A stretch of 64,000 nucleotides of DNA. It comes from Eledone cirrhosa (Eukaryota). Below are positions 54,701-64,000 of the stretch, piece after piece. The stretch is from contig OZ024744.1 in assembly GCA_964016885.1 (NCBI GenBank), positions 80,166,001 to 80,230,000 of the forward strand, written 5' to 3'. The first letter of the stretch is position 1; each line of letters starts with the position of its first letter. A program made the translations under genes and the position numbers. The notes below the pieces were generated by a model. It did not search any database. It saw nothing but the letters and a program-made list of their open reading frames with translations, and was not told the DNA's origin.

Positions 54701-55110
54701 TCATCGAGGTACTGATGGTGTTGGTGATGGTGATGGTTGTCATCGAGGTACTGATGGTGTTGGTGATGGTGGTGGTTGTCATCGAGGTACTGATGGTGTT
54801 GGTGATGGTGGTGGTTGTCATCGAGGTACTGATGGTGTTGGTGATGGTGGTGGTTGTCATCGAGGTACTGATGGTGTTGGTGATGATGGTGGTTGTTATC
54901 GAGGTACTGATGGTGTTGGTGATGGTGGTGGTTGTCATCGAGGTACTGATGGTGTTGGTGATGGTGGTGGTTGTCATCGAGGTACTGATGGTGTTGGTGA
55001 TGGTGATGGTGATGGTTGTCATCGAGGTACTGATGGTGTTGATGATGGTGGTGGTTGTCATCGAGGTACTGATGATGTTGATGATGGTGATAATAGTGAT
55101 GGTGGTGTTG
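51795..55110. repeat. 39-bp minisatellite (33/39/45-bp variants) with a 528-bp higher-order duplication
   Basis: Unit gttgtcatcgaggtactgatggtgttggtgatggtggtg; rare variant gatagtgttg at 53601 and 54129. Confidence 0.95.
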
Positions 55111-55597
55111 GATAGGTTATCCCCCCCCCCTCCCTATCGCCGAAATCATTAAGCAGACGGTGTGTTTTACTAAGATGCTTAAATACACCAGTAATTAATC
55201 CGTGTTTCGATGTTACGAATGAATAATAAGCTTTACTTGAAGTATAATAAAAATATTTATGTTTTTTATATTTGTTCTGTAATATTTCTTGATGTGAAAT
55301 CGTGTGTTGAAACCAATATTGTTATATTTGGGGAGGGTCATGTTGTCAGTATTACCAATAAAAAAACAAAACAAAAAAAAACAACAAAAAACACAGATGA
55401 AGTAGAGGTTTAAGACCAGAAAGAAGATGAGGCATAAAACAGAACAGATGGTCATTGAGGAAGTCACAGGATGTGTGACGAAGGAACTTTGACAAACTAA
55501 CAGAAAACGAGCAATAAAGATAAAGTGAAAATCATATGGTGCGTGTGTTTCTTATTATTGGCAATACTGACATGACCTTCCCCAAATGCAATAATAC

Positions 55598-55873
55598 AGT
55601 GGAACTTCGGTCCACGAACTTAATACGTTCCTGAAGGCCGTGCGTCGCCCGAATTATTCGTAAACCGAAAGTATTTTTTTGCATATGAAATATGGAGAGA
55701 GAGAGACTGTACTGTGTGTGAAAGACAAATAGATATCACCATAGTAACTAACTACACAGCAAGTGATGCTTTCCTGTCGATACTCCAAGCTTGTTGCCAA
55801 CCGCTATTGCCGGCTTGCGTAAACCGAGACGTTTTATGTTCGGAAAAATTGTTCGTGAACCGAGGTTCCACTG
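55598..55873. mobile_element. Tigger/pogo-like MITE inserted in a family I module (55290-55596)
   Basis: ta-cagtggaacttcggtccacgaac / gttcgtgaaccgaggttccactg-ta. Confidence 0.8.
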
Positions 55874-56522
55874 TATTTATATTTCATATACATATACAGG
55901 TTCAAGGAGATGGAGGTGGAAGATCACTACAATGAAAAAGCAGGAAAGAGGAAAGGAATCAATCTGTATCAAGACTAAATTAAACGTTTACAAAGCTGTT
56001 GTCTTTCCTTCTCTTCTCTATCGTAATGATATCTGGACTATGTATAGTCCCCATGCCAGGAAGCACAATTAATTCTGCATGAAGTCAAGCAAGAAAACAG
56101 AATTCCAGGTACAGAAGTGTTAGAAAAGGCATAATTAGAAAAAAGTATTCAAGCCATCCCCAAAAGTTGTTAATTGATATGAGCAGGTTATGTGTGTCGC
56201 ATGAACGAAAATCGCCTTCCAAAATAAGCGCGTATATTGCGAACTCTGAAAGAGAAAGCGTTCTCAGAAAAGACCATGGAAGCACTTTAAGGACTATGTG
56301 AAAGAAAGTCTGAAAAGTCGCGTAATCCAGCATCCAGCATGAAGTGGGGGAGGGGTGACTTGCAGATCAAGACGGATCCTTATGGAAGTATCTTGTTCAC
56401 TCCGAAATCAAAAGCTACGAAGCAGAGCGTATAGAGCAACTGAAGAGGAAAAGGAAAGTTTCACCCTCAAATCGGCCCATAGCCCAGCATTCCCTGTCTT
56501 CATTGCCCTTATTATCCTAGGC

Positions 56523-57137
56523 CAGGGGTGGGCAAACAACGGCCCGCGGGCCAAATGCAGTCCGCCAAAGAGTTTTGTGCGGTCCGTAGAAGCATTCGGC
56601 GAATTAATAAAAAAAATAAAAAAATCAACAAATTTTCCAATATAATACTTAACCCTTTAGCATTTAAACCAGCCATATCCGGCCACAATCCTCTCACCTC
56701 TTTCTGTTCAAACCGGCTGTAACTGGCCACTCATACTTATGTTAAGTTATTGTTCTCAAAATAAATATCAAAATCTCATAGATTCGATATTATATGAGAT
56801 AAAGCCTTTATTACTGCGAAAATATAATAGTAAATATAGAGTAATGTAAATGCTAAAGGTTTAAGCTGAGACTAGATGTAGTTACGTTTTTGTTCTGGTA
56901 TGTTTTGTGATGTACAGACAGAAATTAAAAGAAAAATTTGTTTTCAAATTTTTGTATTTAATTATTTTATTAATCTATGTATTATAATGATGCAGTTTAT
57001 ATTTAATTTTTTCTGAATTTCAACTGTAGAAAATTAAGGTTACCGGCACACTATATCCAATAAAAAATGGGGGTGGCCCTCTGGTGTTCATGACCCAGTC
57101 AATGTGGACCCCGACCCAAAATGTTTGCCCACTCCTG
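56523..57137. mobile_element. hAT/Charlie-like MITE
   Basis: TIR caggggtgggcaaaca / tgtttgcccactcctg; 8-bp flanks tcctaggc / ccctaagc (6 of 8 match). Confidence 0.8.
56649..56864. mobile_element. piggyBac-like MITE nested in the hAT MITE
   Basis: TTAA-ccctttagcattta ... taaatgctaaaggt-TTAA. Confidence 0.75.
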
Positions 57138-57610
57138 CCCTAAGCTATTCAAAACGAAAATTGGCTTAATAAATCACTCTTCTTTTCATCATACGTGTAT
57201 GAGGACCAAAGGATAAAGAGTGAAGTTGCAGGCATAACACAATCACACGTATAGACCTCATCGATGTTACGTTCACCCATGCAGCTGAGAGTTGACTATC
57301 TCATACAAAGTCAGATGCTCTGAGAAGCTTGATTGCACACATTAATAGATTCTCTTGAACGAAACTATTTCTGACGTATAAATTCGTTTATATATATATA
57401 TATATATATATAATACATAAATCAATGGATGCGGTAAAAACCAGTTAGACCATTACTCAGCAGAGTACTCGATACTTGGGGTAGTAGAGTGGGTAATATG
57501 AAAAGATTGAGGACCCTGACAGTTGAGCTCCTGCCGTTTCAACAGCTAGATCCGAACTAGCTGTTGAAACGACAGGAGCTCAGCCGTCGGGGTCCTGAAT
57601 CCTTCATATA

Positions 57611-58198
57611 TCTATATATATAAAACTGAGGATGTCTGTGTGTGTGTGTGTGTGAGTTTTAATCCCTAAAACTAGAGAACCACCCAACCGCCTGTTTTCA
57701 AACTTTACACATGTAATACTTATGTTTCAGGGAGTGTTCTGAGCAAAAGAAATTTCAAACTTTCAATGCCCTAGGGACCGCATTGGGCGATTTAGCGATC
57801 TCTCTCTATAATTCTTAGTCTTTCTCTTTTTAGATAGATACATACATATAACGTCGCGCCCTTATAATATCTGTATGTCTGGCTGTCTGCATTACGTCAC
57901 TTCCTACAATTCCATCTGCGTCCAGAACGCGCCCTTATAATATCTGTCTGTATGTCTGGCTGTCTGCTGCCACCGGTTATTCTGCCACCCTTGCTCAAGA
58001 CAAATCTCACTCATTCCCCAAACAGTAGGTAAGTGCACACAACTTCTTCCTCACGTTTTAAGCCACAGTGGTGCTTACTTACATACCACCAGACCCTTAC
58101 TTCTTTGCCAGCCGTGATTGTGGCAATACTAAGCTTAGTTAAGGCGGTTATATATTTCACAATACCTTATCCCGTGCAACGCCGGGTACCACTGGTAG
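57611..58198 (+). mobile_element. Non-autonomous Helitron
   Basis: 5' TCTATATATATAAAACTGAGG; 3' cccgtgcaacgccggg hairpin and GTAG-t end. Confidence 0.7.
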
Positions 58199-58318
58199 TA
58201 TAATATATATATATGTAACCAAATAAAAAATATGTATATATAGAGAGAGATATATCGAATAAGAAACATACTGCGTTTCTTATACGATACGATATATGGC
58301 TTTCTCGCTCTCTCTCTC

Positions 58319-58364
<46 letters not shown>

Positions 58365-58369
<5 letters not shown>

Positions 58370-58677
58370 TATATATATTTCAAGGGTACCAAAACTTTGT
58401 TACGCTATCATCAGATAATATACGAAGTGTGTTTTCTCAATTTTGACATAACCAAGGAAAATACCTTAAAGGTTCAAGTTTTCCTTGGAAAACTTGAACC
58501 GTTAAGGTACCAAAGTTTTGGTACCCTTGAAATATATATAATAGAATAAATATGGTTTTATAAATATAGTTTCCATTTATTTAATATCATTGAATATTAT
58601 ACTCCAGAAAACTTGTCGAGTGCTCTGAATCAGTTATAAACATTTATATTTGTTGAATTACCAACAAATTGAATATC

Positions 58678-58680
<3 letters not shown>
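58365..58680. mobile_element. Family D fold-back module
   Basis: HHR on the minus strand at 58365-58420; inverted arms; ttgtcgagtgctctgaatcagttataa tail. Confidence 0.65.
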
Positions 58681-58735
<55 letters not shown>

Positions 58736-59073
58736 CGAAGGAAATGTGGTAAGGAACCAGGTGGACCATAACGCACCAAAGTACTCAATACTTGAGGTAG
58801 TAGAGTGGGTAATAGGAACCAGTAAGACCCCGACAGCTGAGCTCAGCTGTCGGGGTCTTACTGGTTCCTATATATATATATACATATCTTTTTCATTTGT
58901 TTATTATGGCTCTAGATAAAGTCTATTGAGCTTGAGAAACAAAATTCTAAATATATTTGATGTTTTGATTCATTATTTGTGTGAAATACCAATGACCGTT
59001 GGCAAATCACTGATGAGGGACTCATTTTATAACATGTTATCCATGTGCAACCATGCAGTATTCTTCTCCCCAT

Positions 59074-59139
<66 letters not shown>

Positions 59140-59446
59140 CATAATAAACAACACAATATAATTATTCCTTTACCAAAGGTTTCGGGAGACTAGACGATCC
59201 TTACAGAAACGTCCAGCTCGTTCATCACATGAAATAGTTATCTGGACATTTCTGTAATGATCGTCTAGTCTCCCGAAACCCTTGGTAATGGAATAATTAT
59301 ATTGTGTTGTTTATTATGTAATCAAATAGCTCTGTACTATACATAGAGCACTCTTCTTTCCTTTACCTTTTCTACGGAAATACTTAACACACACACTCAC
59401 ACACACATACACACACACACTTATATATGCACACATACATACTACA

Positions 59447-60938
59447 CTCGATTAAGAAAGATCTGATCATCGGAACTCTCTGCGCAAAACAAAACAGTGG
59501 CTCACAATGTGTTTGCTGTGCCTGTCCTAACACCAACGTTTGGAATACTCAATTGGACGATAGACGAAATCCGAGCAGTTGATGTTGGAACTCGAAAAAT
59601 ACTGAACAACACCGGAAACTTCCACATCAACAGTGACATAGACCGCCTTTACTTGAAACGTAAGCAGGGAGGCAGAGGCCTAACATCAGTCCAGACAACA
59701 TTTGAATGTCGCATCATATCCCTCCGACAACATCTACGAATCTCAAAGCGTAGGAGCCGGCTTCTCGAGCAAGTCTATCTGCATGAAACAGATAAGATCA
59801 TGAGAGTTGGGAAGGAACTCCTCGAGAGATATTCCCTGTGTGATAATCAAAAACTCACACCCAGGGATGTCGCTCAGCAGTATCACAGTGAATCCATGGA
59901 TGAAAAACTGCATGCCTATCAGCAAAAAAAAATCATGCATGGATATGTTGCCAGGAAGCTCCAGGGTGAGAGTAATATAGATAAGGAAAGTAGTCTATCT
60001 TAGACCAACAACCGCTATATTGGCTCCCACTTTGAAGGATACGCTTTTGCAATCCAAGAACAGGAGATTAACACGAAATACCTGATTCACAAAAGAGATA
60101 GGGATGCAGGCAAAACACCTAGATGTGATAACAAGTGCAGACTCTGCAGAACTAACATCGAGGATATCACCCATGTCATCAGCAGCTGTCCAAAGATGTT
60201 ATCGCGGTACTATCTACCTATGAGGCATGATGTAGTGGCCAAAACACTGTACAATGCAATCCATAGAAAAGATAGCCCTGATAATAAACACATTAAAAGC
60301 TACAGCAATGTGGAAGACATCCATGTACATAATATGAAAGAGTACTGGTGGAATGTTCCAGTAAAAACCCCAATAAAATGCAGGCATAACAGACCAGATA
60401 TTATGATATGGGACAGGGAGAAGAAAGCATGCACAGTAGTGGAAATTAGCTGCCCAGCAGATGCCAATATAATATCAAAGATTAGTGAAAAGGAGAATAT
60501 TTATGCAGAACTGATGAGAAATCTGCAGATACTCCACCCTGATTACACCTTCAGATTTATGCCTGGGATATGTTAGTAACTGCCTCAATACAAATCTTTA
60601 GAAGCTAGGCTTCACAGGAACAGAAAGAACACAACTAGTTAGGAAATTACAAGTACAATCCATTAATGGAACAGTAAAAATATGTAAAACATTCCAAAAA
60701 TTTTGCATCTAATAACTGCATATACACATGTACAGATACAAAGCATATACAGATGCACACATACAACTCAAAACATCCACATCCACATCCACACATACAA
60801 TAACATCCATATCTACACATGCATACATACATATCTACCTAGTTGATGTTGCGTAAATTCCAATGAGAGAGTCCTGTGTCTATGTTAGAAACCGACTCTC
60901 TCTCTATTGGTAAAACTTTGTGAAATAAAACCAGAACA
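59447..60938 (+). mobile_element. 5'-truncated R4/Dong-clade RLE LINE (few lesions)
   Basis: FAVPVLT, DRLYL.RK.GGRGL, MHG, AIQEQEI, CRLC..EDITHVISSC, RHD, HNRPDI..D, EK..Y; flanked by CA/CATA repeats. Confidence 0.9.
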
Positions 60939-60957
60939 TACATACATACATATATAT

Positions 60958-61292
60958 ATTAATAAATGGAAACTATATTTATAAAACAAATATTGACATA
61001 CCCTTAAAAGAATGCGACCATGTCTGTTGGAAGCTCCCGGAAGACATGGTTGCATTCTTTTAAGGGTATGTCAATATTTGTTTATAAAACTGATCTATAT
61101 TATATTTTATCTGATGAAAACGCACCATAATTTGCTTTGGTGTCCTTGAAATATGTATAATGAAATAAATATGGTTTTATAAATATAGTTTCCATTTATT
61201 AATATATTGTATTTTTACTCCAAAAATTTGTTGAGTGCTTTATATCAGTTATAAAAATATTTGCTTGTTGTATCCCAACAAATTAAATATAA

Positions 61293-61355
<63 letters not shown>

Positions 61356-61475
61356 AGATCAAAAGATGGTTAAAGGAGTTCCATGTATTTTATTATGCGC
61401 ATTTCAAAAACAAACATCATCATGCAATAATATTTGTGTTTTCATCAGATAAAACAGGAGAATATGATATGATAT
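60958..61475. mobile_element. Family D fold-back module (HHR 61105-61165, plus) and family C arm (HHR 61388-61454, minus)
   Basis: Inverted arms around 61030; both HHR cores intact. Confidence 0.75.
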
Positions 61476-61553
61476 TTATATATATATAAATGAAAAGTAT
61501 AGAAAATTGTTGTAGCGAGAAGCTAACAGTATTTCATAACATATATATTCCAT

Positions 61554-61607
<54 letters not shown>

Positions 61608-62329
61608 CATATACATATATTCATTAGTTAAGCAAAACTAATTAAGTTAAAGCAAAACGTTTTGCTTAACTAATGAATATTTCCAGCTCTGCGCGCCTAA
61701 CTTCTGCATGAACCCAGCCACCTACCTTGCTTTCTATTGCATATTGCACATTGAGCACTACGCTTTGGCTTCTAACTAATTCACCAATCTCTCCTCTCCT
61801 AACTCCATCGCTCTCTTTAAGATTGGTTACTCTTGAACTGTGTATATAATATATAGTACTAGCATCACTGCCTCACAGTCAGCCTAAGAACGTTTCAGCC
61901 GACACTCGTATTAAGATAGATGTTTATCAGATTCCACACACTTGTATGTAACACAATATTATATATTACACTGCCAAACTAATCATGCATATAGAAACAC
62001 ACAGACGGGTTCGTCGTGTGTATGCTTATGTTTGTATTTCAAAATTTATATTCACGTAAATTATATTCAAAGCAACAAGTCAGTATTACTTATCAAGTGT
62101 TATTGGATTATTCCTATCGTGAAATTTACGTTAATGTCTCATCACCTTTAGAATATATAAATACGGAGTAATTCCCTAATGACTCAAGTTAGGTTCCAAC
62201 TCTTTTTAAAATTTATTGATCTTATTTATTGCATAGGCTTAACCATCTTCATCCAAATAGACACTTGATGAATATCAAGCTTTACAAAGTAAACAGAATG
62301 GAAATGAGATATATATGAATCAGGTTAAG

Positions 62330-62950
62330 TAGCGTTTCATGGAACATAACACAATATAAAAGGAGTAGGAGGAGGGTTAGAGTAGAGCATATAGAAACAA
62401 CGAGATAGAGAGAGAGAGGGAGAGCTAGGCAAAAGACAGAGTAAACTATACTGTTGAAGTCGGAGAGGAACATATAAAGCAAGGTGGGAGGGGTGTAAGA
62501 GCAGTAGGAAGAGTAAGATATACATAGAGAGACAGGAGAAGAGAGCATATAAAATACAATGAGTGAGAGAGAGGGGCGAAATACAGAGTAAACTATATAC
62601 TGTTTAAGACGGAGAGTAAAAGACATAGAAACAAGGCGGGGGAGTGTAAGAGCAGAAGAAAGAGTAATATATTCATAGAGAGAGAAAGGCAATGAGAGAG
62701 AGAAGGGCAGAAGACGGAGTAAACTATACTATGGAAGTAGAAGAGGAACACATAGAAAACAGGTGGTGGAGAGTGTTTAGAGTAGAAGAAAAAGTAATGT
62801 ATAATAGAGAGAAGCGAGAGGGTAGCATATAAAAGCAATGAGTGAGAGAGAAGCAGACGGCAGAATAAATTGTACTGTGAGAGTGGGAGAAGAACACATA
62901 GAAAACAGGTGGGAGGAAAGTAAGAACAGAAGAAAAGGTGATGTGTATAA
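62330..62950. repeat. Diverged GA-rich tandem repeat, units of ~130-146 bp
   Basis: gagtaaactata-like anchor near 62440, 62586, 62717 and 62862. Confidence 0.55.
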
Positions 62951-63234
62951 CGGAGCAAAGTTGGCGGAGAAAATAGAGGAAGAAACTGTGAAAAAAAAAT
63001 GTTAATAGTAAGTAGAAGAGAGAGTAAAATGTATAGAAAGGGGAAGTTAGAGGAGAACCTGAGGTGTTCATAGTAGAAGGCAGAATAAGGTGTATAGAAA
63101 GGGGAGTTAGGAGAGATATACAGAAAGTAGTGAGGTTAGAACAGTAATAGTAGTAATAGTAGTAGTTGTAGTAGTATGTTAAGAGTGAAAGTAAAAGTGT
63201 TCAGCTAGCAAGGACAGTGTGTATATATATATAT

Positions 63235-63606
63235 AAAAGAAGAAATTAAAAGATGGTTAAAGAAGTTCCATATATTTTATTATGCGCATTTCGAAAACAA
63301 CATCATCCTGGGACAAGAATTGTGTTCTCATCAGATAAAATAAGGTAACATGATATGAGGCCTAAAAACACATGTCAACAGGAAAGTGCAAAGCCTACAT
63401 ATGTTACCTTATTTTATCTGATGAGAACACAATTTTTGTCCCAGGATGATGTTGTTTCCGAAATGCGCATAATAAAATATATGGAACTTCTTTAACCATC
63501 TTTTAATTTCTTCTTTATATATATACTCCAGTTCTACCAGCTGTTGAGTGCTACTTATCTGATATATATGCATAGTTTTATTGTTCTACAATATTACTCA
63601 CCTTCT

Positions 63607-63608
<2 letters not shown>
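63235..63608 (+). mobile_element. Family C fold-back module with two complete HHRs (63275-63340 minus, 63412-63477 plus)
   Basis: ttttat CTGATGA GAAC..TTTCC GAAA TGCGCA T A ataaaa. Confidence 0.8.
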
Positions 63609-63646
<38 letters not shown>

Positions 63647-63651
<5 letters not shown>

Positions 63652-63847
63652 AACCAGTAAGACCCCGACAGCTGAGCTCAAGCCGTTTCGACGGCTAATT
63701 CTGGACTCTGAGTCCAGAATTAGCCGTCGAAACGGCTTGAGCTCAGCTGTCGGGGTCTTACTGGTTCCTATTACCCACTCTACTACCTCAAGTATTGAGT
63801 ACTTTGGTGCGTTATGGTCCACCTGGTTCCTTACCACATTTCCTTCG

Positions 63848-63850
<3 letters not shown>
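63647..63850 (+). mobile_element. Family F fold-back module (other copies at 6650, 31577, 35950, 57425, 58735)
   Basis: Perfect palindrome 63647-63771; retains the 3' half of an HHR, GAAACGGCTtgagctcAGCTGTC. Confidence 0.75.
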
Positions 63851-63895
<45 letters not shown>

Positions 63896-64000
63896 TAGTG
63901 AAAAATTGAACGGGAACAAAACAGAGAGGCAGTACGAACAAAGGTTTATTAATTTCACGCTCTTGAGAGTGGGGTGATGGTGGGAGAGAGGGGAGTAAAG

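Larger units (their letters stand above)
55915..57240 (+). mobile_element. Old RTE-clade LINE 3' part, interrupted by MITEs
   Basis: TKLNVYKAVVFPSLLY..WT; C-terminal FPCLHC|PKLFKTKIGLINH split by the insertion. Confidence 0.7.

Noticed and set aside
51795-55110. CRISPR-like regular repeats
   Set aside because: There are no unique spacers or cas genes, and the context is eukaryotic.
51765-55152. 1098-aa and 1039-aa ORFs
   Set aside because: Both strands are open only because the triplet-based repeat lacks stops; there is no signal peptide, domain or splice evidence.
50165-61935. Partial HHR cores at 50165 (minus), 59008 (plus) and 61890 (minus)
   Set aside because: The GAAA half is missing or the core is mutated and stem I is not supported; at most these are decayed remnants.

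Overview
This is AT-rich, microsatellite-saturated eukaryotic non-coding DNA. The SINE families point to a coleoid cephalopod, probably an octopus (inference). I found no convincing host gene, and most ORFs in the track are simple-repeat artefacts. The recognisable mobile elements are: a ~5 kb L1/Tx1-type LINE lacking its RT core; fragments of R4/Dong, CRE and RTE LINEs; a Penelope-like GIY-YIG element; a young ~600 bp RTE-derived non-autonomous element; about 25 SINE copies; non-autonomous Helitrons; hAT, piggyBac and Tc1-mariner MITEs; and two large triplet-based minisatellites. The main hidden signal is about 30 type I hammerhead ribozyme (HHR) motifs from 10 or more sequence families, almost all in short non-coding modules inserted in (TA)n tracts. 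Most have a palindromic stem III, and many have long or branched stem II insertions. The modules occur as fold-back (inverted-arm) insertions or as >1-unit direct-repeat units (391, 422 and 690 bp) that look like retrozymes or non-autonomous Penelope elements. All structures were paired by eye and coordinates are approximate.
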